A stretch of 64,000 bases of DNA, taken from positions 864,001 to 928,000 of the forward strand of contig CBDCNQ010000005.1 of NCBI GenBank assembly GCA_965219445.1, written 5' to 3'. A model generated the notes under the pieces. It was not told where the DNA came from. It saw only the letters and a list, made by a program, of their open reading frames with translations, and did not search any database. Position 1 is the stretch's first letter. Every line of letters begins with the position of its first letter. The position numbers were made by a program, and so were the translations under genes. The DNA comes from Longimicrobiales bacterium (GTDB taxonomy: Bacteria > Gemmatimonadota > Gemmatimonadetes > Longimicrobiales > Gaopeijiaceae). This document shows positions 17,572 through 27,369 of this stretch, piece after piece.

Positions 17572-19764
17572 TCAGAAACTCGGCCCCAGCCGGAACTCCA
17601 CACGGAGCGTTCGACCCGGATCGGGATAGGCGAAGATCAGCGCGTCGGTGACGTTGAAGAGACGTTCGATCCTCAGACGGCCTTCTGTGCTCCAGGAGCC
17701 AAGAAGCCAGCGGTGTCCGACGTCGAAATCAGTCACCCAAAAGCCGGGCAGCTCGTTAACGGGCGCGGGGACGGGGAACCGAGCACCTGTATGGCGGGAG
17801 GCCAGACGGATCGACCAAGGGCCCCGTTGCCATCCAGCACTGAGTGTGGCCCCGTAGCGAGGGCGATACGCCACCTGGACGTCATCGGAATCGGCTCGGT
17901 CGTACGTCGCGCGGGTGAGGCTGAAGCTCCCCCCGATAGACAGACCCGCTCGGGGTAACTCCAACTCCAAGCTTGCCTCGCCCCCAGACCTTCGCACGTC
18001 CATGTTCCCGGGACTCCAAACGAAACGGAAGTCGGGGAGCCAAACGATCATCCCCTTCATATCGCCTCGGTAGATCTCCGTGGAGGCTCGTGCAGCCGCC
18101 CCCCCCACCCCCCCGGCCCACGACACCTGCGCCGCGAACTCGGAGGGCACACGCTCCGCACGGAGGTCGAGGTTGGGTTCCACGCCCACGCCCTCTCTGA
18201 AGAACTGGTCTCCGAGTGTTGGAGGGCTGAATGCACTGCGGTGTGCTACGCGAAGAAGAAGGGAGTTGAGAGGGACGTTGAGCGCGACGTCATGGTTACC
18301 GTGCCATCGATCGGTCCGTCCGACCCAGTGCCCGCGAATGGACGAAGACACAGACCACGCCTCCTCCGAGGGCGACCACGTGCCCGAGGCCCCCAACCCG
18401 AGATCGGTCCGGCGTGTGGGGGCGTCCGAACTCAGCGCATCGCCTTCCACACTCTGCATGTCCCAATCGACTCCGCCCGATATCGCCCGTAGTACGCCGG
18501 GTCCGGAGATCGCCCCCTCTACCGACGCCCCCACCGCCTGGAGCACGGTGCGATCGTCATACGGAGCCCCGAACGGGGGATCGGAGTCGCGGAAGCGCGT
18601 TGTCTGTCGAGTGGCGTACGTGTGCACGTTCAACGATCCGTCCTCGAGCACTCCCGCATTCCAACCAGCGGAAAAACGCGCCCGGTCGAGATCTTGTCGC
18701 GCGTCCGATGACGGGGCGAAGCTCCTTCCTGGAAGTCCCCTCTCGAGGGTCTCGAGTCCCACCGTCACCCTCAGGTCGCCCTCCCGCAGCGGACCCGACC
18801 AACCCGTACTCGCGCCCCACGTCGTGAGATCGGCGTTGCCTCGGTAGGCCTCACCACCTCCTGCCTCCGCAGGGATGGTGAAGTCGAACCCTCCGTCGAG
18901 TCCCCTACCCTCCAAGCGGCCATGCCAGCGGCCATTCCAGAGCGCCCCACCGCCTCCCGCACCCAGGCCGAACTGCCCGAGGGACCCCGCCCAAGTGGAC
19001 ACAAACCCCGGTTCCGCGTCGCCGGAAGTCTCGAGGAGGATCGCTCCAGCGGCTGCCCGAGGGCCGAAGCGGGCTGAGAGCGCGCCCGCAAGAACCGTCG
19101 CGCGCCTGAGACCTCGGGCGGAAACGGTGGAGAGATCGGCCTCGCCCGTGATGGGGTCGTTGAGTGGGACGCCATCCAGAAGGACCAGAACGGCGTCGGG
19201 ATTGGCGCCCCGCACACTGACGAGCTGGGGGCCGCCCCTCGTTCGCTCCTGAACCACGATGCCAGGAACGGCTTGGAGGGCATCTCCGGCCGTCCGGGCC
19301 CCCGATCCCACGATCGCCTCACGGAGGAGAACGATTCCTCCGACGGAAGCCACCGTGGCCGTGATCCCGTCGACGTCGAGGGCTATCGGCGTGAGCTCCA
19401 TCGCGAGCCGGGTAACCACACCATTCTCAACTTCGACATCTCGGTGGGTGCGGCCATACCCTAGCCGGCGTAGAGATATTCGATAGGAACCCGGCTCGAG
19501 CCCCCTCAGTCGGAAGCCGCCGGAAGCGTCGGTCGAGGTCTTCGAGGCGCCCGGCTCGACGAAGACTTCAACGGCAGCGAGCGGGGTTCTCGTGAGAGAA
19601 TCCACGATCTTCCCGGACAGCTCGCCGGGCCACTGGGTCGCCGAGACCGTCCCTGGCAAGGCCAGCGCGGCGAGTACGCTTAGGCCAGCGCACCAAGGTA
19701 CAGCACCCGTCCGGCGAGGACGGGCGCCGCGAATCGTAGACCGGTAAAATGAAGAAACCCGCAT
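17572..19764 (-). CDS. btuB: TonB-dependent receptor, probable cobalamin transporter (BtuB-like)
   Basis: Carboxypeptidase-regulatory-like N-domain, plug (SVRG...VLVLLDGVPLND), barrel ending PGRTLRVEFRLGPSF; cobalamin riboswitch directly upstream. Confidence 0.8.
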   Translation of the reverse strand: MRVSSFYRSTIRGARPRRTGAVPWCAGLSVLAALALPGTVSATQWPGELSGKIVDSLTRTPLAAVEVFVEPGASKTSTDASGGFRLRGLEPGSYRISLRRLGYGRTHRDVEVENGVVTRLAMELTPIALDVDGITATVASVGGIVLLREAIVGSGARTAGDALQAVPGIVVQERTRGGPQLVSVRGANPDAVLVLLDGVPLNDPITGEADLSTVSARGLRRATVLAGALSARFGPRAAAGAILLETSGDAEPGFVSTWAGSLGQFGLGAGGGGALWNGRWHGRLEGRGLDGGFDFTIPAEAGGGEAYRGNADLTTWGASTGWSGPLREGDLRVTVGLETLERGLPGRSFAPSSDARQDLDRARFSAGWNAGVLEDGSLNVHTYATRQTTRFRDSDPPFGAPYDDRTVLQAVGASVEGAISGPGVLRAISGGVDWDMQSVEGDALSSDAPTRRTDLGLGASGTWSPSEEAWSVSSSIRGHWVGRTDRWHGNHDVALNVPLNSLLLRVAHRSAFSPPTLGDQFFREGVGVEPNLDLRAERVPSEFAAQVSWAGGVGGAAARASTEIYRGDMKGMIVWLPDFRFVWSPGNMDVRRSGGEASLELELPRAGLSIGGSFSLTRATYDRADSDDVQVAYRPRYGATLSAGWQRGPWSIRLASRHTGARFPVPAPVNELPGFWVTDFDVGHRWLLGSWSTEGRLRIERLFNVTDALIFAYPDPGRTLRVEFRLGPSF

Positions 19765-19789
19765 CTCTTCCCCTCGAAGAGTGCTTGGC

Positions 19790-19965
19790 GACGCGGGCGC
19801 GCAGGTCTACTGACTTAGGGCGGCTCTCCCTCGCCTTCCCAGAGCCTCTCGGCTCCAGTGACGTTCTTGAGGGGGCCTGTCCGGCGCAACATGCGCCGAG
19901 CCCAACACAGTGGCGGGGCCGTGCCGGATTCTCACCGGCTTCCGAGATGCCTCGCCCGCGTATTC
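19790..19965 (-). promoter_or_regulatory. Cobalamin riboswitch
   Basis: Minus strand GGAAGCCGGTGAGAATCCGGCACGGCCCCGCCACTGT ... CACTGG...GGGAAGG ... AAGTCAGTAGACCTGC (B12 box). Confidence 0.92.
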
Positions 19966-20241
19966 AGGTTGTCGAGGCCCAATCTACCGAGGGCCGTGAG
20001 AGGGTGTCAAATAAACGGCCAAAAAGGAGCTCAATCAGCATAAGGCCTTGGTGACAAATTCCTTACTCCCGAGCAAGCGGGGTCAAGGGTCTTCTGCGGC
20101 CACTCGATCGTGTGAGACCGGCCCCCCGCTCACGTCTGGCGCCTCATTCGACACGCCTCTATAGTGGGCGAGCCAGCCCGGGAAACCGATGTTCTTCTAC
20201 AGGACACCCGCCCCGGCTTTGCTTCAAGAGGAGGTCCCACC

Positions 20242-21345
20242 ATGTCGAAGAGAGTTCATGGCGTATCCACAATGGTGCTGGGGGCAGTGGTGGCGATCGC
20301 TGTGCTTCACGCGGAGGTCCAGGCACAGATGGGACCGAACCCGTACCGACCGGCAGGCGGTCTGCAGGCCGGAGGCGGCCCGGGCCTGATGGGAGAGCCG
20401 TGGGCGAAGTTGCCGAATGGGAGGGGGATGGGGTCCCCCGGTGGGATCGAGATCGATGTCGACGGAGAGCACCTCTGGGCGATCGTGAGGTGCGGTGACG
20501 ACGGCACGCCGCGCGGTAGCCAGACCTACTGTGACGACTCAGATCTGGACCCGATCATCAAATTCGATCGAGACGGCAACGTGGTAACGATGTTCGGCAG
20601 CCGCATGTTCTCATGGCCGCATGGGCTCCACGTGGACCGGGACGGAAACGTCTGGGTCACGGAAGCCGGAAGCGGGGAATCGTCGCAGGTGGCGGGACGG
20701 GTCTTCGGACATCAGGTCTTCAAGTTTTCCCCGCAGGGCGACCTCCTCATGACCCTCGGCGAGGCGGGGGTTCCGGGGGATGGACCCGATCACCTCATCG
20801 CACCGAGCGACGTCGTCACCGCCCCCAATGGCGATATCTTCGTTGTGGACGGTCACAACCAGAATGGTAACAACCGGATCGTCAGGTATTCCCGCGGCGG
20901 GACGTTCATCAAGGACTTCGGAGAAACCGGGCACGGCCCGGGCCAGCTCTACGGCCCCCACGCCATTGCCATGGACGCGAATGGAAGGCTCTTCGTCGCC
21001 GACCGGCAGAACATGCGGATCGTCATTTTCGACCAGGACGGCAACTACATAAATCGATGGACGCAGTTCGGCATGCCGAGCGACATCGCGATCGACGACA
21101 ACGGCAAGATCTACGTGGCCGACTCGGAGTCGGACATGACTCAGAATCCGGGCTGGGAAAAGGGGATCAGGATCGGAGACGTGGAAACCGGTTGGGTCGA
21201 GCACTTCATCCTCGACACGGGCGACAATCCGCCGATCACTGCCGGGGGGAGTGGGGCCGAGTCCCTCACCGTGGACCGGCACGGAAGCATCTTTTCCGGC
21301 GAGCCGCGTCCACACCGCTTACGCAAGTATGTGAAGGTGCGGTAG
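20242..21345 (+). CDS. Secreted NHL-repeat protein, peptidyl-alpha-hydroxyglycine alpha-amidating lyase (PAL)-like
   Basis: Signal peptide, PHGLHVDRDGNVWVT, HQVFKFSP.G, DIFVVDGH, PHAIAMD, VADRQNMRI; GAGGAGG RBS. Confidence 0.85.
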   Translation: MSKRVHGVSTMVLGAVVAIAVLHAEVQAQMGPNPYRPAGGLQAGGGPGLMGEPWAKLPNGRGMGSPGGIEIDVDGEHLWAIVRCGDDGTPRGSQTYCDDSDLDPIIKFDRDGNVVTMFGSRMFSWPHGLHVDRDGNVWVTEAGSGESSQVAGRVFGHQVFKFSPQGDLLMTLGEAGVPGDGPDHLIAPSDVVTAPNGDIFVVDGHNQNGNNRIVRYSRGGTFIKDFGETGHGPGQLYGPHAIAMDANGRLFVADRQNMRIVIFDQDGNYINRWTQFGMPSDIAIDDNGKIYVADSESDMTQNPGWEKGIRIGDVETGWVEHFILDTGDNPPITAGGSGAESLTVDRHGSIFSGEPRPHRLRKYVKVR

Positions 21346-21463
21346 TGCAGGCCTTTCGGGTGCGCTGAGATCCCACCAGGCATTCCTACTGGCCGGCTCT
21401 CGTTCGTGCGATACACGGGCTCGAAGACTGGGCGCCCACGAACGGGAACTGACGGATATCGCA

Positions 21464-21510
21464 GGGTCCATGAACCGGGCGGTGGACCACCCCGTCCGGT
21501 TCATGGACCC
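21464..21510. repeat. Long inverted repeat between convergent NHL genes (terminator or REP-like)
   Basis: GGGTCCATGAACCGGGCGG ... CCGTCCGGTTCATGGACCC, 19-bp arms with one G-T pair. Confidence 0.75.
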
Positions 21511-21561
21511 GACCCGACGGGACCTGACCGCGATCGACACGCCGAAAGCGCGCCGCCCAAC

Positions 21562-22713
21562 TTACATACCGGCCACCACATACTTCGTGAACGCGGAGCC
21601 CGCATCGCTGAGCGAGGCCGGTCCCTCGGCCACGTAGACGTTGCCGTCCTCGTCCACTCCCACGCCCTCACCCGTTACGCCATGGTTCGGCCGGCTGTCG
21701 GACTCCCACGGCGGAATGTAGCCCACGAGCGCGTCCTGATCGACGGGCCCAATGCGGACGCCGTTCCTCCAGTTGATGTGCCGGAGCCGGTTGGACTCGG
21801 AATCGATGGCGTACACCATCTCGTCCTCGGTGATGAAGAGGTCGCTGATGCGCCCGTACTGATAGCGCGATTCGAGGTAGTTGCCCTGCTGGTCGAAGAT
21901 CTCGAGGCGGTGGTTGCCGCGGTCCGCGACCCAGAGCCGGCCCTGAGAGTCGAACTCGAGGGCGTGTGGCGTGCGGAACTGACCGTGATCCGTGCCGATC
22001 TCGCCCCATTCCATGATGTACTCACCCTCGGGCGAGTATTTGACGATGCGGCCGGTCAGTCCCTCCGCTCTCCCTTCGGCCAACTGGTCATCCGTGACCA
22101 TGCCCTGACCGCTGTGGCCGTCCGCAACGAAGATGCTACCGTCGGGAGCGACGATCACGTCACAAGGCTGCCAGAGGTGATCCCGGTCGTTCCCGGGCTG
22201 GCCGGCGGTACCGAGGCTCATGAGCAGCTCGCCGGTGGGGCTGAACTTATGGACCTGGTGACCCTTCGTGCGCTCGGCGTTGCCGGCGAAGTCCGTCACC
22301 CAGACGTTGCCCTCATCGTCCGCATAGATGCCGTGGGGCGTCACGAAGATTCCGGCGCCGAAGTTGGCGAGAATCTCCCCGTTGTTTCGGTCGAACTTGA
22401 AGATCGGGTCCACGGGGTTGTTGTCGCAGTTGACGCCGGGTCCACCCGCCGAGCCCGATGCGCAGCGCTCGTACCCCCAGACATGTCCGTCTGTCGGGTC
22501 GATGTCGAGGCCGGCGGTGGAGCCCCACTCCCGTCCCTCGGGCAGGGTCGCCCAGCTCCCGATACGTGTCGGGTTCGGGTTCGGGAGTCCCTCACCCGTG
22601 ACGGGGTTAGCCGCCGCAGCGGCCATCGCGGCCGGTGGCCCGGCCTCCGCGGTGCACCCCGCGAGAATAGCGGTACTAAAGAACACGGACATCAGGAGTC
22701 GTAACGATGACAT
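21562..22713 (-). CDS. NHL-repeat PAL-like lipoprotein
   Basis: ILAGC lipobox, LPEGREWGSTAG, PHGIYAD, GHQVHKFSP, VADRGNHRL. Start inferred at ATG 22713. Confidence 0.85.
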   Translation of the reverse strand: MSSLRLLMSVFFSTAILAGCTAEAGPPAAMAAAAANPVTGEGLPNPNPTRIGSWATLPEGREWGSTAGLDIDPTDGHVWGYERCASGSAGGPGVNCDNNPVDPIFKFDRNNGEILANFGAGIFVTPHGIYADDEGNVWVTDFAGNAERTKGHQVHKFSPTGELLMSLGTAGQPGNDRDHLWQPCDVIVAPDGSIFVADGHSGQGMVTDDQLAEGRAEGLTGRIVKYSPEGEYIMEWGEIGTDHGQFRTPHALEFDSQGRLWVADRGNHRLEIFDQQGNYLESRYQYGRISDLFITEDEMVYAIDSESNRLRHINWRNGVRIGPVDQDALVGYIPPWESDSRPNHGVTGEGVGVDEDGNVYVAEGPASLSDAGSAFTKYVVAGM

Positions 22714-23004
22714 GGTCCCCCCCCAGGCAAAATCTCGATTTCGCCGCGGCACGGCCGCGGGCGCCGGACTCTGCAACATCGGCGGTCAGTGCGCGGCGCG
22801 CAAACCATCACCCGCGAGATGGAGAGACCTCCGTCACTCCCGGTCCGGCGGCAGTTGCCCGGGAGCAAGGGGAAAGCTTCGGCATTGGGACGTCCAAGAG
22901 CGGCCGCGCGCCCACACCGAGACTTTTGGGGTGGGCTCAACGTGTCCGCCTATAACGACGGGGCAACGGCGTCCCCTCTTGGCCGCAAGGCGAGGGGGCT
23001 GGGG

Positions 23005-24099
23005 TCATGAAGCCTTCTTTCGAATACCATCCAGAACAATCTCCTCAACATCTTTTGGCCTCAGGGCGAATATCTTCCCGAAAGGTCTTGTCAAAAAGAT
23101 AGTTTCGAAAGAAAACAGGCGATTCTGTTTGAGCGAATGTAAGGCGGTACCTATCGTCCCATCGAAGAGCCGCGTGGCTACACCTATCGTGTAATCGGTT
23201 TCGTTGTAAACCGAGTGCCACCAAAAAGCTGGGTTGAACAGCACATCCCCCGGCTGCAACGTGGCCTCAAACACTTCAATGGCGTTGAAGTGTTCCGGCA
23301 GGGTATCCGCATATATGCTGTAATCGCTGGTCGCGTAGACACCTGATCGGGAAAGGTTGCTTCTCAGAAAATGCGTGTACTTGGGGGCAATGAAGACCCA
23401 GTTCTTCTTGCCGTACGAATTGTAGAAAAGGTTGGGCGCCATCGCACAATGCAGGTCAGTTCTCGTGCCCTGGATTCCAATGAATATTTGTGCGGTGGGT
23501 TTCGGTTTACGTGTCGTGAATAGGCGGGTTATGTCACCTATCATCAAGTCTTGTCGCAGCCGCTTGTTGTCGTCAAAAACCGCTGAACTATTGTTGAGGT
23601 AGAGTGCCTCACCTTCCTGCATTCTCTCGGCAAATTCACTGAATTTCATCGTGGTCATTTCGACTTGGTTCAGAATCATTTGCTCCTTGCCACTTTTCAC
23701 TACCTGGACTGTTTTGTCGCCGCATAACTCTGTCAGGTATTCAATATCCAATTGGCGAGGGGCATCGCTGAGCAAATTCGTAAATACGGCGGGTCGCGTG
23801 TAGCCGTCGGTTTCTCTCTTGATGTGGTCGTAGTCAACATGATGGATGTCGATCTCTATGCGAGGAATCTGTTGTCTTCTGCCTGACCTAGAAGCTTTGG
23901 TCTTTATCACGTGACGGAGCAGCATCCCTTCGACTTTGGACAGCAGGGCAAGACGAGGTAGGAACTGATTCGTCGGCGATTCGTTGACCGCCACTCGATG
24001 GGCACGACGGAAATTGATGATGTGTAGAACGTCGCAGGCTCGAAGAAGCAAAGCCTTGATGCACCAATTCACCAGCGTCATTGGCATCCCCTTCATCAT
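23005..24099 (-). CDS. JmjC/cupin_8 Fe(II)/2-oxoglutarate-type protein with HxA motif, AT-richer than flanks
   Basis: IFIG..GTRTDLHCA...NLF...YGKKNW and LQPGDVLFNPAFWWHSVYN. Start uncertain. Confidence 0.85.
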   Translation of the reverse strand: MMKGMPMTLVNWCIKALLLRACDVLHIINFRRAHRVAVNESPTNQFLPRLALLSKVEGMLLRHVIKTKASRSGRRQQIPRIEIDIHHVDYDHIKRETDGYTRPAVFTNLLSDAPRQLDIEYLTELCGDKTVQVVKSGKEQMILNQVEMTTMKFSEFAERMQEGEALYLNNSSAVFDDNKRLRQDLMIGDITRLFTTRKPKPTAQIFIGIQGTRTDLHCAMAPNLFYNSYGKKNWVFIAPKYTHFLRSNLSRSGVYATSDYSIYADTLPEHFNAIEVFEATLQPGDVLFNPAFWWHSVYNETDYTIGVATRLFDGTIGTALHSLKQNRLFSFETIFLTRPFGKIFALRPKDVEEIVLDGIRKKAS

Positions 24100-24406
24100 C
24101 GAGAACCAGGCGGCGGTCTCGTCGTCGGAGCGGGCGTCCTATGTGGGCGGTGTACTGTGGCGGCGGGACCGGAAGGCCCCATCGGGTCAAGCTTTGACCA
24201 TAGATGGCACGCACCCTTTTGCGCAATCACCCCAAGAATTTGAGCTTTGAATCCAAGCCCACAAATGGCCTCGCAAGGGCAAGGCGGATGAGGTTTTTCG
24301 CGGAGCACGGGTCTTCTGCGATCCCACCTCCGCCGGACCGCGCCTCGCCCCCTCATCGCTCCGGATCACGTCAAGGATGACGTACCCCCTCCTGCGGTAC
24401 CACTTG

Positions 24407-25303
24407 CTATGTTAGACCTGAAGCCATTGGCGGTCCCTGGAGCTGAGGCATTCTGAGGAACCAAGGTGATGGTTTCAATGCTTCCGGAGCGGGGGGTAGA
24501 CCGCCGCAGGCGCTGTGGGGTCGAACGGTATTGTACACCCGCCGCCACTGCTCGACGAGTACGACGGCCTCGGGCAGTGTGTAAAAGATCTCTCCGTTCA
24601 AGAACTCGTTCCTCAGCTTGCCGTTGAAGCTCTCGTTGTAGCCGTTCTCCCACGGACTGCCCGGCGCGATGTAGAGGATCTGGACCCGCAGCCTGGCCAG
24701 CCATCTCCGCACCAGTTTCGCCGTGAACTCTGGCCCGTTGTCCGAGCGCAGATGCTCGGGCGGACCGTGCCGAGCGAAGAGATCGGTGAGCACCTCGAGA
24801 ACGTCGTGAGCTCGAGTCTTTCGACCGACCTTGATCGCCAGACACTGCCGCGTGTACTCGTCGAGCACGGTCAGAAGCTTCAGCGCACGGCCGTCATGGG
24901 TCCTCGTGCTTACGAAGTCGTAGGACCACACGTGATTCTTGTGCAGTGGCCTGAGCCGGATGCACGAGCCATCGTTGAGCCACAACCGACCCCGTTTCGG
25001 TTGCCGTCTGGGCACTTTCAGCCCCTCCTGCCTCCAGATACGCTCCACACGCTTGTGGTTCACCTCCCAGCCCTCGATGCGTAGCAGGTTCGTGATCTGT
25101 CGATACCCGTACCTGCCGAACCGGCTCGCCAACCGTATCACGTCCGTGCGTAGCGCCGACTCGTCGACCCGCACCTTCTTCACCCGACGCTGAGTCGAGC
25201 GCGGCTGACCCAGTACGTGACACGCGTGACGTTCACTCGCCCCGAGTCGCTGACGTACATGCACCACGCACCTCCGTCGGCGCTCGGGGCTCAGAAGTTT
25301 CCC
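24407..25303 (-). CDS. IS3 transposase OrfB (DDE integrase core)
   Basis: [53 protein letters not shown]. Confidence 0.92.
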   Translation of the reverse strand, partial: GKLLSPERRRRCVVHVRQRLGASERHACHVLGQPRSTQRRVKKVRVDESALRTDVIRLASRFGRYGYRQITNLLRIEGWEVNHKRVERIWRQEGLKVPRRQPKRGRLWLNDGSCIRLRPLHKNHVWSYDFVSTRTHDGRALKLLTVLDEYTRQCLAIKVGRKTRAHDVLEVLTDLFARHGPPEHLRSDNGPEFTAKLVRRWLARLRVQILYIAPGSPWENGYNESFNGKLRNEFLNGEIFYTLPEAVVLVEQWRRVYNTVRPHSACGGLPPAPEALKPSPWFLRMPQLQGPPMASGLT

Positions 25304-25569
25304 TTGGTCGCTTCCTCCAGGATCAGCTTGTCCACCGTCAGGTTCGCCACCGCTCGCTTCAGCCGTGCGTTCTCCTTCTCCAGCTCCTTGAAGCGTCGAG
25401 CTTGATCCACCTTCATCCCCCCGAACTCCTGGCGCCACCGGTAGTACGTCTGCTCGCTGATCCCCAGCTCCCGGCTCACCATCCCCACCGTTTTGCCGTT
25501 CGCCAGACCCACCTCCGCCTCTCTCAATGCCGTGATGATCTGCTCCGGCGTGTGTCGTCTCCTACTCAT
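25291..25569 (-). CDS. IS3 transposase OrfA (HTH)
   Basis: [17 protein letters not shown]...[11 protein letters not shown]...LEKENARLK...KGNF. Confidence 0.92.
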   Translation of the reverse strand: MSRRRHTPEQIITALREAEVGLANGKTVGMVSRELGISEQTYYRWRQEFGGMKVDQARRFKELEKENARLKRAVANLTVDKLILEEATKGNF

Positions 25570-25735
25570 TCTGACCTCCTCCCTGATGGTTGCGACCAAA
25601 GCCGCATCCTAACATCAACTTCGGTCTCGGTTCAGGGGGTCACCGAGGGGTTCAGGGGGTCGCCGGGGTCGCATCCAGTCGGTCCGACTTCGTCGATCTA
25701 GGAGCCGGTGATCCGTGGCCGGTTCTCGGTCTCGC

Positions 25736-25998
25736 GTCCTGTCGGTTGTCCTGTCGATTGAACGCAGCAGATCACGACATCTCGGACTCGCGAAAGCGGC
25801 AAATCGCGCGATCCATCTGAGTTTTCCGGCATCCTGCCGTGATTCCGACCCCTACGAAGGCGCCTGATAAGCGTGAGGTCGGTAGTTCGAGTCTACCCAG
25901 GCCCACTTTTTAAGTAGAAGCCCCGCAAGGTCTTACGGCCTTCGGGGTTTTGCTGTAACAAGAAAAGCCTGAGGGCAATAACACTGGCAGTTACACTG
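25736..25998 (+). other. att-like junction 1: arm repeats, tRNA-Ile(GAT) 3' half (25861-25905), arm
   Basis: CGCCTGATAAGCGTGAGGTCGGTAGTTCGAGTCTACCCAGGCCCA with no 5' tRNA half. 12-bp-period repeats GTCCTGTCG(G/A)TT on the left and GCAATAACACTG/GCAGTTACACTG on the right. Confidence 0.85.
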
Positions 25999-26019
25999 CC
26001 GTCCCTGGTTGGCCCCGAC

Positions 26020-26352
26020 CTAGGCGATCCGCAGGCACCGCAGCCGGTCGCGAATGCCCTCGCGGTCCCGGTGTTGCTCGATCCGGAACTCGGCGTGTTC
26101 GGAGCGGTGTCGGACCTTGCCCAAGTGGCCATATACGCGCTTGATCAACGAGTCACCGCCGTGCCCCAGCTCACGGGCGACGGTGTACGTGGAGATGGGA
26201 AAACCCTGGTCGAGCGTCTGGAGTCGCGCGGCGCAGTAGGTGTGGCGAAAGATCTTGGTCCTGATCTCGCCGGGCTGCCAACCCGCCGTCATGGCGACCT
26301 TGTCCAGCTGCTTGCGGATGTCGGTGATCATCCTCCCCGTCTTGGGCGCCAC
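26020..26352 (-). pseudogene. Tyrosine recombinase/integrase C-terminal remnant
   Basis: IFRHTYCAARL...VARELGH...IKRVYGH; N-terminal part absent; points toward the tRNA-Ile fragment. Confidence 0.85.
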
Positions 26353-26470
26353 GCGCCCCCGATCAGATCTCCATGAAAAGTCCGTGAGGTCGGACTATCC
26401 CCGCCGAGCGTGCCGGAGTATTCTGATTGCGCGCACGCCCGCGCCTGTTCCCTCGGAGGAGGAGTCCCGC

Positions 26471-27190
26471 ATGACGATCTCGAGACGCGACGCCATCGCC
26501 GTATCCGGGTCCGCAATCGTTGGCCTGTCGGTCGGCGGCTTGGATCCTAAGGAGTTGGCGGCTCAGGTCGCCGGACAGGAGCAGGAGTTCCCGGACCGAC
26601 TCATCGACGTCGAGCCGCGCGCCACGTTCCCGGTGGACCTCCCGCTGAACCCCGACGGCTCGGCCCCCGAGCATCCCGAGTCGGCCGCCGGCCCGATCCG
26701 GGGCCGCCTCATGTGGAGGACGTCGGACCGCAGGGCGCCCGAGATCGAGTACGACTACACGAGGATGGCGATCCGGGTGGACACGCGCGGGCTTGGCACC
26801 AAGCGTGGGACGATGCGGTTCAGCGACCTCGAACCCCTGACGAGGGTTTCGCACACCTTCCTCATGCAGTGCGGTGCACCGGAGCCCACCGGTATCGTGA
26901 AGTGGACCGGGGTTCGCTTCACCGACTTCGCGGACATGCTCGGCCTCGTTCCGGGCGCCCACTACTGCCGCTTGACCGCGTCGGACGGCCACTACGTGGA
27001 CGAGTCCGTGGAGGAGTTGCGGCATCCGCAGGTCATGCTCGTCTGGATGATGAACGAGGAGCCGCTCGATCCCCAACACGGAGCGCCCCTGCGTCTCGTC
27101 ATGCCGTTCCGGTATGGCAATCGGAGCATCAAGGCGATCACCGAGATCATCTTCGGGACGCCGGGGCTGCCGCGGCCGGGGACGGGGTAG
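26471..27190 (+). CDS. Tat-exported molybdopterin-dependent oxidoreductase (sulfite oxidase/MsrP-like)
   Basis: SRRDAI twin-arginine signal, MQCG, KWTGVRF, PLDPQHGAPLRLVMPFRYGNRSIKAITEI. Confidence 0.85.
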   Translation: MTISRRDAIAVSGSAIVGLSVGGLDPKELAAQVAGQEQEFPDRLIDVEPRATFPVDLPLNPDGSAPEHPESAAGPIRGRLMWRTSDRRAPEIEYDYTRMAIRVDTRGLGTKRGTMRFSDLEPLTRVSHTFLMQCGAPEPTGIVKWTGVRFTDFADMLGLVPGAHYCRLTASDGHYVDESVEELRHPQVMLVWMMNEEPLDPQHGAPLRLVMPFRYGNRSIKAITEIIFGTPGLPRPGTG

Positions 27191-27195
27191 CAGAC

Positions 27196-27306
27196 GTTTT
27201 TGGGGTCCCACTTGGGGTCCCATGGGCCCCTTTTCGCCCCCAACTCCCGGACACCAAAAAGCCGGGAGCCCAGATGCTTCCTAGCCTCCCAGCCAATGAG
27301 CCGGGT
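27196..27306 (-). repeat. Lys-type att arm (intron-free copy) including the last tRNA-Lys bases
   Basis: Reverse complement ACCCGGCTCATTGG...GGCTTTTTGGTG|TCCGGGAGTT...GGGACCCCAAGTGGGACCCCAAAAAC matches 50268-50322 joined to 52223-52279. Confidence 0.85.
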
Positions 27307-27369
27307 GCACCCGGGAGTCTGCGGAGCTGTGGTCAGCCGCTGAGTCTACGACCTAGGGCCACCCGGGTT

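Larger units (their letters stand above)
24366..25643 (-). mobile_element. IS3-family insertion sequence (orfA/orfB, -1 frameshift)
   Basis: Imperfect IRs TGACGTACCCCCT...ATGTTAG (24378) and ACCCCCTGAACC...ATGTTAG (minus strand, about 25640); GGGAAAC slippery site at 25303-25297. Confidence 0.9.

Noticed and set aside
21406..22704. Long antisense ORFs (e.g. 21406-22704, 26713-27924, 35427-36479, 53071-53961)
   Set aside because: Shadow frames of well-supported genes in GC-rich DNA, with no recognisable motifs.
24100..24365. Possible transposase tail or IS end between the JmjC gene and the IS3
   Set aside because: A composition shift is visible, but no motif or IR could be assigned.
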